From NCBI GenBank assembly GCA_008632985.1, contig QPGO01000019.1:248001-312000 (forward strand): a stretch of 64,000 nucleotides of DNA, given 5' to 3'. The notes under the pieces are model-generated. The model was not told where the DNA came from. It ran no database searches and saw only the letters and a program-made list of their open reading frames with translations. Made by a program: the position numbers and the translations under genes. Shown here one piece after another: positions 1-13,880 of the stretch (position 1 is the stretch's first letter; each line of letters starts with the position of its first letter). This DNA comes from Psammoneis japonica. Taxonomy: Eukaryota.

Positions 1-660
1 TGGGGAACAAACGGCACATCGATGGAAAGCTGAGAATCTGCTCTTTCCAACGGTGCCTTTACCGTGGTCTCTGGTAGATGTTTAGAGTGAACTAGAAACG
101 ATCAAAGTTGAAGTGATGTACATTTTACGTAGGTATTCATATGAAATGACGTGTACATATATTTATATATGACATTTAGGATGTACATAACGGGGTCATT
201 TCGTGCGTTCAGAGACACCGTCAGTAGGAAACAGTATGGTTCCTACGGGCGAAAGCGAATAAGACTAAAGTGCTTATTCGAAACCAAATACTTGGAATTT
301 TCGGTCGATAGTTGCGCATATTTGTACTAAAAACAATAAGGAAATGAACTGTCGGCGGACCCATTCTCGAAAATCAGCAGAATGGGTCTGTTTTGAGTTT
401 TCGAAAACCAGCTGTGTCGAAAAATCGACTTTCTGATCGTTTTTCGCATTAGGTCCGCCGACAGATCGAAAGAAAATGGTCGATTTTGGTATGTAAGGTG
501 TGCTCAAAATTTTAATTTGACCAATTTTGGGTTTAGAATAAGAGGTGGCAGGTGAAACAGTTTTACGTGCGGCATTTTTTTACCTGGTGTGGGCAGCAGG
601 TTTTGATTAACTCGACTCGAGCGAAGCGAGAGTCAACTCGCAAAAGTAACCCGGATGTTA

Positions 661-3590
661 AAGTGGGGAGAACAAACAACTCTGCACAAGCACCCATCAC
701 CAAAGGCATCTCCTCTCAAAAGGACAAGGAACAACATTTGAAGCAAAGTGCAACATGCAGACAAGGAGCTTGTGCCAAAACAGAGTGTCTGGCCACAGCA
801 CCAGTGGCTGCAACAAAAGGCAAAGCAGCAAAAAGCAAAAAAGATGCACAGAGAGCCAGAGGAAGAGGGGCAAGAGCCGGGGTGCAGAGAGGAGAGTGGT
901 GTGTGCTGTGCACTGAAGAACTGGGTGGAAGGGGTGAACAAAATGCCAAAAAGGGAAAATTGTGAGACTGTTTTGGGCACCAAAAGCAAGCAGCAGTTGA
1001 GAGATGCTCTGCAGCGTGTTGTGCTGTGACCCAGCAGCAAGAGAGCTGGCTGCTGCCCCCCAGCTGGCCCCAGCCAAGAAGGCCGAAGGTTGTCCACAGC
1101 CAAGCAGCACCCCACAAAGTGTTTTCAATGCCATTTTGGGGTGTGTGACAGCTGCGCCAGTTGAGATTTGCCTCACAATTTGGTGTGAAACAAAGTGTGG
1201 CGTGCAGACAAGGAGAGTTTGTGCAGAACCAGTGTGTCCAGCCACAGCTCTGATGGCTGCAAGAGGCAAAGCAAAAGAAGCCAGGATGGCACCACATGCC
1301 AGCTCTCACAGAGAGCCCTGCTGCGTGCTGCATCTTGAAGAAACAGGTGGAAGAGATGAGCAAGATGCCAAAAGAGAAACTTGTGAGACGGCTTTGGGTG
1401 CCAAAAGCACAAGCAGCTGAGATGCTCTACACAGCACAACCCAGCAAGAGCTCATTGCCACCACAGCAAGCCAGCTGAGAAACTCTGCATGTTGTCCATG
1501 ACCAAGCAACACCTTGCAAACTGCAAAGTGTTCTCAGCACCACTTTGGGGTTTGGCCCAGTTGTTGTTGAGAGCTGCCTCACAAAGAACTGCTGCTTTGA
1601 TGCTTGTCGCAGATCTGGAAAATCATCTCTTTGCAGCTTTGGCAAGGAGCTCCCCAGCATGATGATCATGAACAAAAGCAGCAGCAGCAGCAGCAGCAGC
1701 AAAAAAGCAGTGCTCTGTGTGTTGGAGCAGCAAGAAGCCAGAGCAACAACAAAAAGAAAAGACAAAAAGCACAGACAAGTTCACAGGCATGCAGCATCTG
1801 AGGTGGCCAGAAATGATCTCCAGCACATGCCAAAGCCCAAGGTGAGCAGCAGCAAAAAGCAGAAGCAGGGCAAGGAAAAACAAAGGCTTGCTTTTGTGAG
1901 GATGGCATGAGCAAAGTCAAGAAGCCACAGTGCCAAGCTTTTCGGATGAATTGCACAATTTTTGTTAAGAAATCAAAAACAAACAGGAAAATCGGCGAAA
2001 GCGTCATTGAGACATCATGCCGTAAAGTGAGACACCGGCGGCACGCATCATTGTGGATTGTGTGCTGCAGTTTGTTGCGTGGTGCCTGCGAAGCACACAT
2101 ACACATCGATGTATGTCGGTAATCCAAACTGAAAATTGACCCATTACCTTTCTGTCTTTCTTCATAATTGTGGACGTCACTTCACAGCGCACATGGGGGA
2201 GATTTGTGGCGCACATGGAAGCAGAATGACCCCACAACGTCAGCAGCTCTTTATGATGTGCACTGCAAACTTTACAGCGCACATGGGGCCACTTGCTAAA
2301 GGATGACCGTCTGCGTCAGCAACGTCGTTATGCACGCTAACCCACACCATTTGACGACCTGCCTTACGTGCAGCCCAGCGTACAAGCTGCGTAGAACGCG
2401 TGTTGCCATGCGTGGTCAACAGCCTCTAAGTAATCTTGACGGTGCGAACTCCGCCGTTAAAGCACATGAATTTGTTTCTATTTTGTACATGATTTGTAAA
2501 GCAAGAGACCGGACACGCGACGACTCCTCATTTTTTCAAGGGATCGCGCATCATTCATCAAAGCACCACACACCATGACAATCGGAGCGCCGCTTGTTGG
2601 ACCATTGACGATCCTTTCAACAGCACCAACGCTGTCTGCCAGTCTTTGCCTTCATGTGTAAACAGCTTGTGTTGCTTTTTCGAAGGCAAGCGGCCAATTG
2701 TAAGGTGAAAAAAGGATTTTGCATTGACACCACGGTTCGAGACTCATTTTCGCTCTCTGTCGCAATCGAGCTACACTGTGCTTTTGTTTCGGCATCTCAC
2801 TCATTTTCTTTGACATGTTCGTCTTTATAACTCATGTGGAGAAGCTGTTGAGCAACGTGTCACCCCCACGGATGAACAACATCTCACAGTTTCGTGTCGG
2901 TGTCGACACCATTTCTTTTCAACTCATGTTCTTCCTTGTGTCGGAATGGGGCTGTGGTGTGTCCTGCGCTCTCTTTTGGACTGAACCAAGCAAGCTGCAG
3001 TTGACACTTTCACGAACAATGACAGTTGCAATGTGCAATGGGTTGGATGTTGATGTCCATGACCTTGCCGAGTGCCGGTTGGCAGTGCTCCCTCGTTCGG
3101 GGACCGAAAACTGGGGCAAATCTTGGCGACGTGGAAAGTGTGCGATTGGAGTGTGAGCGAGGAGGCTGGAATGTTGCGCAGACAACTCTTGAGGCTGTGT
3201 GCCAAAGAAAGGCATGTTTGCATTTAAAGCAGCATTGATGCATCATGCATTTGCAGCACCGGCATGACAAACAAACTGACAATGTCATTCTCCGTCTCCA
3301 TCTTTCCCATCCAGGTGGTGTCTCATTTTTTATTCTTGGCCAGTGATGAGGGGCAATGCACAAAATTTTAGTGCTTCTCTCGGGCTTCAAGTGATGGACA
3401 ATGCTTTGCACGAGATGCTTGCATCGTGTGTTTTGCGTCACGCGCATCCTTGCCAGCGGGCGACCCCAAAGTGGATCATTGGCGTGAATCAGCGCTTGTC
3501 GAAACATGTGACAATTTGGCGAACTGCAGCAGCATGCATCATCACTCATCGTTGCAACGATCAATCGGTCATTGGGTTGATTGGCAATCG
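661..3590. repeat. TpA-depleted degenerate repeat block 1
   Basis: I count only 2 TA dinucleotides in 661-1980; TG/CA-rich; contains a diverged ~420-bp internal duplication and a (CAG)n tract at ~1678-1700; a short TA-containing interlude at ~2320-2500; ORFs are Cys/His/Gln-rich with no recognisable domain. Confidence 0.75.
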
Positions 3591-5543
3591 GCGGCAGATT
3601 TTAGAGCTATGATTTTTGAAATTTCGTCTCTGTCTTCATCCACGCCACGCACCTACCGTACCATCACATTTCGTGCCGTCTGTTATCCCCCTCCATCACG
3701 TTTCGTCTTCGAGGTATCTATGATATATGTGCATGGTTATTTATAAATGATAAGTTCGTCCCGTCAGAAGCCCTACGTAGACTGACGTAAAACGCAGTAC
3801 AAATTTTAACGGTGTTCGTACCACGCATGGCAACAGGCTCGTGCGTAGATTGGTTCCGGAGCTTGTACATCCTGACAGACTTATAAATCCTTGGTCCTCG
3901 CAACATCCGCCGTGCCTCGGCAAGTCGGGTTCGAGCTGGGCGGGGCTTGAGATCTGCTGGCGTACATCGTGACTCAGAGCTCCGTGGTGGCGAATAAAAA
4001 AATGTGTGACCTGGAAAAAATGTGACGACGTCGTGTCCACGTATGGATGCGTCTGTTGTTGGAAACACGTAACGTAGGTTAATTAACTACTATGACAAAT
4101 GATGACGTCTTATATTTAACGGGTATGTTTACGTCAGACAGCCGTAAAATGACGACACTTTGTTTGTGACGATATCACATTCCAGAATAGAGACACGTGG
4201 GTATTGACGTTTTGAATGCCCTAATGACGGGAACAATCACAAGCAGTTTATTTAAAGGGCGTAAATAGTGGTCGTCAGTTTTCGTATCATGTTTTTTACT
4301 TATGACAAACATTGACATCATTTTCCATTTTCTTCAAAATCGTATTGCCTATTTATCCTATAGCCCTTCGCATTCAACATGTTCCCTGTAGAATTCTACA
4401 GGACCGTTAAATTGTCACTTCGAAAGTTTACTGACGTGTAACCAAACATTCATCCACGAATACTTTTGCATAGGATGAATTTTTGAATTCATAACCAGTA
4501 TCACGTACGCAATACATAGGGCTCGTACACTTGAATTCCTATCATGTATCTTTTTTTACTTATGGAGGATTCCCCGAGGCCGCTCATTTTCTCAGCTTCA
4601 TCGCTTTTGACATCGCGAACACGCAGTTGGAAGAAGGACCCTTTGCTCATGATCAAACCATCCCTTTGCTTCACTCTTCACACCTCACACTAATACATTC
4701 ACCCATATTTCACCCTCTGGCTTTATTGGAGACACACAGCTATTTTCACTCCTCCGTAAAGCTTTTTCATGTAAGTCGCCATCAAACCGAATTGTTTTTT
4801 TTGTGTTTCTACGTAGTTTCTACGTGGGAATTAGTATGGTACGTGTTTTTGCGAAAGAATCAGTTAGGCCCTTTTTTCAAATCAAACATACACTTTAGAC
4901 TCTAGCTTTCTCTTTGATGTGACGGTTTATGGATTTGTTTGTTCATTCATTACATGTACATCCATACAGTATCTCTTTAGCAGAGGACTCGTTGTTTCAC
5001 GTTCAGATTTATTTGTTGTTTTTGTGACGAGGTGATGTGATGTTTTGACGGGACTTGGGGATGGCCTCTGTCTCTTGAGTATGTTTCGCATTTACGCCCC
5101 CCGCCACAGTTCCTCCAGAGGAATTCATGTAATGCAAAGACCTTTAACTCCATGGAGTGCGAAGACAATCTGATTGAGAGATTAGGGTCTCGTGTTTTTT
5201 CCTATCGTCCTACAGTGTAGAGTGCGGACTATCTGTTGCGTGTTGCGTGCTGTTTTTCCGTGTTAACTAATCACGTTCCGCTTCTACTTCTCTTTCCGCA
5301 GCATACTCATACCTCACTCTCACAAGAATACGTAACTCTACGACTTCTCTCTCATTGCTATCTCTAACGAATCCGCACCAAGAACAACTTTCAGAACAGA
5401 AGACCCATCACCTCCACACGCAACTTTCTACTGAATCTTCTGATATCCTTCTCGCATCCATCCAGAACCAACCGAGGTATCACAAGATACTCTTCACGCA
5501 TTACTACCAAACTTTTTTGCAATAAAGCTTCACCCAAATTAGA

Positions 5544-8004
5544 ATGACTGCAGCAGAATGGCCCCAAATGGATGCCAACAATGGGCATGATCTTTTCGGA
5601 GGCGATCTGTTCGGCGATGAGCTGATTGATATTTACAACTCTGTGGCCGCAGTTGATGCAGGCACGACAGAAGTCAGTCCAAATGGTGAGTTTTGTTCTG
5701 TGAGCTACACGGATGAAATGATCCCGTTGCCTCTAGAGCGGCTTCTCGTCATGGTGGTCCTTTCCCAGATCAATGGGTTATCTGCTCGTTGTTTGAATCT
5801 GAACCATAAATATCTGTGACGTGTAGTCGTATCATTCGGGTTGTCAGCAGTTTCGTGGTTTGACGTCATTAATGTCCCTAAGTACCGTGACGTCAATTAA
5901 CGTCCGTTTAACTGTCAACGCTCACACTTTTGGTCCCTTTTCTCAGAAATCCCGAGTCTTGTTGTGCCATCGACTGGCGAAGATGCTCACCCTTCCAACT
6001 CAATGGATGATGGACTTGGAGCCTTTCGTCCCAGTACATCGTTCAACGATTTGGCCGCCCTACTACCACCATCGAGTACAGCGGTCGCCCCCGCAACGGT
6101 GGTACCAGTGGCAGCTCAAGCTGCCAGCGGTGGTCCAACCAAGAGGGGTTCGAAGAAACGCGATTCAAACTCCAAGGATGGTCCCGCGTCCAAGAGAAGG
6201 GCGACTGGACAAAAAGCTCGCGGTGGACCCAGCGGTGGCCGTCGTGGTGCAAAGGCGACCAAGCAGGCTGGCACTGCAGCCTCGTCTGCGGGACCAAAGC
6301 CAGAGACGCCGTCTGCTGGACAAGCAGCCCTCAAGCTCAGGAAAGACCGACAGGCACAGGCTTCGAACCGTAAGGTGAACGGCAATACACCCAACCCGTT
6401 AGGCAGTGCTTCAGGAGCACCACAGAAGGCAAAAGCAGTTGTGAAACCTGGTGTTCGCGCTCAGCCGCCTGCAAAGCCACATCCCGTGCCTTCGGCTCCT
6501 GTCTCTGTTGTTCCACGGACTGTCAGTCATACAAAAGGCGATTCCATCACATCTGACGCCGCCGCTGCTACGGCTGCAGCTGCTGCCGTTGCGGCGGCTG
6601 CAGCTGTGGGTGCTCCAACTCCCGCCACTGGTCCGGGGGCGACGACGGAGGCGGATTTCAAGTCGGTTGCACAGGCCGCTGTTACCAATCTGATTCTTAA
6701 TGTGGGAACCGAGAATAAGGTCACCACTGGAAAACCGGAGGAAGGCAAGTTCAAGGGCAAAATCGACACGAGTACGGCTCACATTAAGGCATTGACGAGC
6801 AGCAATTGGGTTACCGCTTGTGCCGGTGCAACGGATAGCTCCTCCGCAGCGGCAACTGCCGCGGCTGCGGCAGTAGCTGCCGACTCAAAAGCCAACAACA
6901 GAGCAAAGAGACAGAACCTTACACCGGACGAGCGCGCACGTCAGAATCGTGATCGCAACCGAGAGCACGCAAGGAATACTCGTCTGAGAAAGAAAGCCTA
7001 TGTCGAAGAGCTGAAGCGCACCCTAACCGAGTTGGTCTCTCAGCGCGACGCTGCCGAACTCGAGAAGCGCCACACCGCACAACGGGAATTCGAACAGCGA
7101 GAAGTCCGCTTCCGTGTGATGGAAGAGTTCTTGAAGCTACGAGGTCGTAACGAGACTAACTTTGCTCGCTGGGTGGCTATCCTTGAAGATGGTTTCTCCT
7201 TGACTCTTCCCGTGACGGACTACCGCAAGATGGTCCATGGCGATAAAATTGCGTCCCCGAGTGTCTCAGAGCAAGTTCTCGATGGTCCCACAGACGCCAT
7301 GGCGGATTCTTCGAATCTTTCCAGTCTCTTGCAGACCCTTGGTACGCCCTCTACCAGCGGCTCGTCAACTGGCCCTGTTTCCATCATGTATAGTTGCGAC
7401 AGGAAGGATTTCTTCATGGATGGATGCAACGCCGTCCTCGAGTGGAACGCCACCTCGCTAGGTGCCACCAGCAAGGTAAGAGTTGCTTTTCAGATAGAAT
7501 GCTTTGGACTTTTCTAGCGGCGAGATAGTCGTGCTGATGCGACATTTCCTCTTTTTTCTTTGACAGGGTGCCTCCGCGGAACTGAAACTCAAGGGCACCA
7601 TGCATGCAAAATTTTGTCCATCGTCAAACAAGTTGGTGTCAGCAAAGATTTGCTTCGATACCGGCAACGTTGTAGCTCAGCTGCAGCACATCAATGCTCC
7701 TTTGGCATCAGTTGCGAATATTGCCTCAGCCAAGAACAGCGATCCTGTCGCAGCAGCCGCGGCGGCCGCGCAAGCTGCAGCAGACGAAGCTGATGCTCTT
7801 CTTGATTCGCTGCAAATGCCGCAGCTAGCAGATGCGGTGCCGACGGACATCACCGTTGTGCCTTCTTCTGTTGCTGTCTCTGTGAGTTCTTCCGACAAGG
7901 AAGATTCCTCTTCCGACGAAAGCGTCGAAGACGCTGCCGGGAAACTTACGGCGAAGAATGCATCTGGCGTCCCAACAAGACGAAGCACAAGGAACAAGGA
8001 GTAG
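5544..8004 (+). CDS. bZIP transcription factor, 3 exons (5544-5685, 5947-7475, 7567-8004)
   Basis: Basic region RARQNRDRNREHARNTRLRKKAYVEELKRTLTELV followed by heptads; GT-AG introns 5686-5946 and 7476-7566 keep the frame; probable 5'UTR intron 4771-5301 (gtaagt...actaat...ccgcag). Confidence 0.92.
5817..5895. promoter_or_regulatory. Cluster of CRE-like bZIP sites in intron 1 of the bZIP gene
   Basis: TGACGT at 5817 and perfect TGACGTCA palindromes at 5861-5868 and 5888-5895. Confidence 0.45.
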
Positions 8005-8692
8005 ATTTTTCTCGGGACGAGCTAGGGGACCTTACATATTTGGTTACTACATTGCACATCTACTGCACATCTACATTCATTTCAGAAACAAAAAACTGCG
8101 TATTTTGGAGGATACTGAAGACTCCATTGAGCGAAAAATTCTCTTGAAGCATTAAAATGGAGTTGCGTTTTGCTCTCTTGGCTGACGGTGATGAAGCTGA
8201 AATAGAACAAGGCGATTCAGTATTCATTATACATGTACATTATTTATCTCACCAAACCTTTAAAATACCACATAAAAATAAACCTTCATATTTTACCCTA
8301 CTGATGGCTTTCTTCAATACTCAGTTTGCAAGTATGATTTTGTGAGCGCCGCTTTGAAAGGACGAAACTTGTACGAAAGTATTCAAACGCAATGGTGATT
8401 GGTGCATCATTTCCAGCTTCGTGCAGTGTTTTTTTCGAAGCTCTCTCTAGAGAAAGCTAGTTAAACAGGATTCGATGGCTTTTATGCAGGGGAATTTTGG
8501 AGTAGCAGCTGAAGTGCACCTTGCAAAAGTTGATTGGACGTTTTTTGGTTTGGTCCGCCTACTGGTCGTGCGTGCGTCGTCCGTCCGCGCACTCCCTCGT
8601 TGTCTGTCTGTCTGTCTGCACTCCGGATGCGTCGCGTCCGTCAACGAAACCACGAAACAGTGTCACAAAAACTGTGAAAAGCAGCGAGAACC

Positions 8693-9350
8693 ATGAGCAG
8701 TTCAGAACACGACGCCGCCGCTGCTACAAATCCGCCGCCACCACCTCCAAATTCTCAGGCATCGCATACACCGAGTCTACCAAATACAGGTGGTATTTCG
8801 TCAGGAGAGGATGGTTCTCTCACGACGAACGCCGCGACTTTGACCATTACAGAAACGGCAACTCGACCCCCGGAAGAGAATGAGGTCCTGCCGTTAACTC
8901 TCCATGCAAGACCGACTGTCACCTGGTATGTTCATTTCTGCTTAAGCTTTATGCGAGTTTGATAGATTCTTGTCGTCAGGGAATTCGTACTTGGGAGTCT
9001 TTTGAATGTGTGCGCGTGTGTGCTCTCTGCTCTGCATGTTAACAAAATTCTTACGTGTTACACCCCTCCTATCCTTTCCCAATACTAGGGCAGAAGGTGT
9101 GAGAGACAACGAGGGCCTCGGCCGCAAGTCATCAAAACGATGCTGCATTTTTCACAAGCAACGTGACTTTGGCGAATCCTCAACTGATTCATCCGATTAT
9201 GATTCAGACCGGAGCGGTTCTAGCAGTGCCAGTGGTGGGGCGGGTGGTGACGATGGGGACAAAAAGATGCAGGCCGGGAGAAAACACAGACGAATTGCTC
9301 GACCAAAGAAAGGGAAGAAAGTTCCAGACTACCAACGCTATCATGCTTAG
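8693..9350 (+). CDS. PPP1R11: Protein phosphatase 1 inhibitor-3 (Ypi1/PPP1R11 family), intron 8926-9088
   Basis: PP1-docking-like motif RPTVTW joined across the intron to [23 protein letters not shown], followed by an acidic/Ser stretch; this is the family signature. Confidence 0.9.
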
Positions 9351-9853
9351 TTTAGAGATTGTGAGGCCTGCTCTCTCTACCGGTAGAGTGTGTCTGCCAG
9401 AGATTGTTTATAGCAGGATCAAAAAATTAAACATCCTCGGTTTCTAGAGTTGTACTTGTAGCTCCAGAAAATTCCGCAAATCATGGACTAGGAAGTCTTG
9501 GAGGGATTTCCTGCATCTCGATTCAGGTCTGTCATCCGCAGCGTGACTCGGCGAGATCATTAATGTCGCCTTCTCTGCATCTGTTTCCGTTGAAAGCAGT
9601 GACAATTGTTTCAAATGCTCCGCCGTCCCCCATGACGCGGCATTGCTACAATTGTGTAGCAGCAACGCAGATACGAGTCTGGAGTCTGAACAAATGTATT
9701 AAACTAGCTAGAAGGCCAATCCTGCATGTATGCGATTCGGCACGGCGCAGCATCGACAACATTAGTAAGAAGAACTTCTACAAAAACTAAATTCTTCTAT
9801 AAAAACTAATCAAAGACAAAAATGTTCCCCTTGAAATACTCCATCAATCTACC

Positions 9854-12093
9854 TTAGCATTGTTTCTCGCCTTCCAGTTCGTCATTTGATATAATGACGC
9901 TGTGGGGCGCCGCTTTGTGGCAGCCAGCATTACCCACCTTCGAAACAAGGTTTAAGAATAGACACGTCATTGTCACAGAGAAGAAAGTCAACACGGTAAA
10001 GGAAACAACTCTTGGGAGAGCAATCATTGCAGACAGCCGAAAATTTGAAGCTACACCAAGAAAACGTGGTAATGCTCTCCAACCCGATGGACCACTAGGG
10101 CGAGTTGGATCAAGGTGAAAGGTCCATTTCTGGTTGACTAAGAGAGGCGTCTTCTTGAGAGAGATGTTGAAACCGATGTGTTCACAACGCTGTCCATCAG
10201 CCCCACTATCGTACTTGGCACCATGTGTAATATCCAAGGGATACAACGTTGCGCCGTTGAAAGCTGAGGCAACCTCGTAGCTCTCCGAATCTCCCCAATC
10301 ACCTTCCCGCAAAAAAATTCCTTGCGGAACACTCACACAATCACAAACGTTGTGCCAGAATAAAGGCCCGTTTTGACAAAACTTCTGATGCACAGTCCAC
10401 AGCATGTCATGAATGGGACTCATTGGCGGCAAAGGACGAAATGCAGAGTAATCATACGGAGTGTCCATGGAGCCAAAGGAACCTGGAAACTGCAAGGATG
10501 TGGAACATTACAAAAAGGCGTGAATACCGGGTGATACCCGAAAATTCTACACATGCAATATCCATAGAACACACCCACATCACTCACAACTTGCCGCCCA
10601 GAACTAGCTACTGCTTGATCCGGTGTCGTGCCCAGCGTATGCAAAATGCCAAACGGAGAGAGCGAAACAGCTAGATCGAGGTCTACAACCAGCATGTGGC
10701 TATACTCGTTGTACGCAGGATGGCCGAGGATGTATTCAATGAGGCGGTTGCGGTATGCAGCCATCTTAACCAACGTATTTTCTATATTGTGATAATGAAA
10801 GGCAACGAAATTAAGATATGATTCAGTATCTTGTTCGCATCTGAATTATCCATTCAAGAGAACTCACCTTTTGTATCGTAACGGTACGCGTGTTTTAGCT
10901 TACAATCCGGAGCTTCATCACAGTCAATTAAGTTCACATTGTAGCCTTTGGCACTTGATATCCATTCTTTAATCGTGTCTCTCGTTCCATCAACGCTATC
11001 GTTCTCAAACACCACCACAGATACCGATGAGAAGAAAGGTACGAGACCTTCTACGTTTTGGCGTAAGGCTTCCATGGCATCATTCGTGTCACGGCATAAA
11101 ACGTTTATGACAAGCCCACCAGGCTGGTGTTTGGCATAAGATATTCCATCCAAAACACCTTTAACATCTTCGGGTCATGTCTAGAAAGCGCGCCCGCACT
11201 GTTAACAACGACGAAGAGTTGTTGAGTTTTCACTTCATGACGTCGTAGATATGTAATTTTTCTCGTCATTATACCTTACCTCAGTGTCTTCCAGCTTGAC
11301 TCTTTAAGACAAAGAGTTTTTTCTACCTTGTTCTCGTGTTCGAGGCAAATACCTGACATAGCCTTTTATACACCGCGACAAAGGAAGCGAAACACACCTA
11401 TCTGAGTGTCGAATCGAGTGTACTACCATCGAAGAAACACAAGCCACATCAATCAATACAGGCACACAAAATGGAACTGGAACATAGCTGCTGTATGCCA
11501 CTAGGCTCGTAGATTTCATAGTTTCCCATCCAAATCACAGGATGCCATGCCCAGGACGGAAAAAAGAGCTGCAGAGAAGCGTTGGTGATTTGAATCACTG
11601 CAAAGGCCACGGCAAGTTTGATGCTATAAACAGCCCTATCTCGTGGGCACCCAACCTTGATTCTAGCTTTGTTTTTCTCGGTGTTTTTGTTGAGCATTTT
11701 GTAGTCTTTTTTGCTGATCAACGCTTTGGCTTCCAAGCATGTTAAAGACACCGAGCCCATGATCATAACTTGCCAGATACTCGTTCCAACCAACGAAGTA
11801 AGACAAATTTCGATAAAGTGGCACGTTCGCCACAATTGTGGAGTAAAAATGAAAGCAAGCCTCAGAGAAAATATAGTCAAGAGCGCAATGAGCCCATTCA
11901 TCATCTTGCGACGTGCTCGCCACTTTGTTGGAGACCAAAAGGCTTTTCGTTCAACACTTTGTAGCTGCTCTGATGATTCGTCTTGGCAAGACGCTCCATG
12001 CTGTACAGATCTTTTATATAGCTTTTGCTCTCTTGACTCGACAGAATCATTCTTTGGATCAAAATCTCGACTGCGATAGATCAGCTTCGCCAT
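9854..12093 (-). CDS. Membrane-anchored glycosyltransferase-like protein (CAP59/GT-A-like), multi-exon, with apparent frame lesions
   Basis: N-terminal hydrophobic segments; motifs VFENDSVDGT, MAAYRNRL, LVVDLDL (DxD), SAFNGATLY, CEHIGF; apparent 4-bp ATTG duplication near 11450 shifts the frame; exon structure only partly resolved. Confidence 0.65.
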
Positions 12094-12637
12094 GGTGAGA
12101 CTTGGTCGAGCCGAAAAAAAAAATGTGGCGACGGGCACCCGTGCACATGCGAGTTTGTCACTATCGCCTATTCATATATCGCAACGGTTATCCTTCAAAA
12201 GTACAGTATCCTTTTGTGACACATATATTTTTACCCATACAGCATTGAAGCATACCGGTAGGTAGGCACAGAGATGACTCACGCGTCTCGTATCTACAGC
12301 CCTCTACACGTCGCTCGCGATCTCTAAAACCTTCAAAAATGAAGATTCGATGTCATACTTCTCTATGTGCATCGCGCACCAGCCAACCCTTAAATAAATC
12401 CAAACTGGCATGGCAGGCGCGATCCGGATGAGCGTACAGACCATCACCGCGGTGACAACGTACCGGTACGTACGTACGTAACACGTGAAAAAACCGCCGG
12501 AGCAGCCGACGATGACATCATTGACGCGCCTAAAGATTCTTCGTCGTTTTTTTGGACCGACCATTACAACAGAAGCTCTATTAGACTCTCTTCGATCATT
12601 ATCTTCTTCATTCATTATGCAGGGCTTAGAATAGGGG

Positions 12638-13880
12638 ATGAAGTTTAAAGATTATGTCACCTTGATTGCTCTTGTCGAGCAGTTTTCATTCTGTGAAGGA
12701 TTTCACGCACGTACAATATGCCAAAGAAGATTGATTGATGATTCTTCAGTTCACGCCTTTTCTCTGTTTGCAGAGAAGAATGAGAAGGATCGACAACTAG
12801 ATGAAAAGATTTCACAACAGCCTACAACTTCTTATCGATCCGGTTCACTCATGGCCGCCACGGCAGAAATTGGGCGTGTGCCTTATGGAGAGTCCTCGAG
12901 AAAGTATAGAAGAACTGTGTATAGTCACGAGGACTGGATAAAGCATCGCTCAGAAGATCGTCTCGCGCAGAATCTAAGCGGGATATTTTACAGTGGAATT
13001 GTGCGGCAACTGCAAAACGAATGCCTTCTCATCATGTCTATTTCAGCGGCTGTGTTGCTTTGGAACCAGGTGGTCTTAAATGGAGACGTTCTCAGCAACA
13101 TGGATCTTTCGTTGCCGCAATTGTCCTTGCCTGCGTTACCCTTTACCCTGTCAAGTCCAGCGCTCGGATTGCTCTTGGTCTTTCGCACAAATGCATCCTA
13201 TAGTCGATGGATGGAGGCTCGAACGCAGTGGGGAGAACGATATCTCAAAGCAGAAACATTATCCGAATGGCTGCAACGTTTACAGAAAATAAACAAGACG
13301 AGTCGCTGAATCGTCTCGGCGTAACCGTGTGGGTGCTCGTTCGGTCCATTATGAATCATTTGAGTTCGTCGGATGACGAACTAGATTATCAAAAGGAGAT
13401 CCACAAAGTACTCGGCAGCAACGATCCACTTGCTAAGCGAATGATTGAATCGCAGGATCGAGCTCTGTCTGCACTAATGGAAGTATCGTTGGCCCTAGAC
13501 AAGGTGCCAATCGATGAGAAACGTCGCGTCGAGATTGATAAATCGTCAGTCATTATGGGGACTGCTTAGCAGCTTGTGAACGGATATATCAACAACCCGT
13601 ACCTCTTGTCTACACGAGACATACAGCTCGATTCTTGAGCTTGTGGATGCTCCTGTTACCTCTTGGCCTCTATGAGACACTCCGTGGTTGGATCTTGATT
13701 CCAACCTTGGGAGTCCTTGCTCTTTTTCTTTTTGGCATCGAGGAACTTTCCGTTCAGCTGGAAGAGCCATTCTCAATATTGCCAATGCAACACTACTGTG
13801 ATGGAATCAGGGAACAGACGAAACAAATGATTGAATGGTCCGCTCAATCAGCATCAGATTCGAAAGGCATTGGTGAATAG
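12638..13880 (+). CDS. Bestrophin-like anion channel (UPF0187/VCCN1/BST type), probably plastid-targeted; two -1 frameshifts in G runs
   Basis: YRRTVYSHEDWIKHRS, LGLLLVFRTNASYSRWMEARTQWG, ACERIYQQPVPLVYTRHTARFL, FGIEELSVQLEEPF; signal peptide then CEG-F (ASAF-like); frame restored by one extra G at ~13232 and at ~13560. Confidence 0.85.

Noticed and set aside
552..3746. Many ORF-track ORFs in block 1 (and likewise in blocks 2-4 outside the named pseudogenes)
   Set aside because: Overlap in all frames, Cys/His-rich and Tyr-free, no domains; explained by loss of TAA/TAG.
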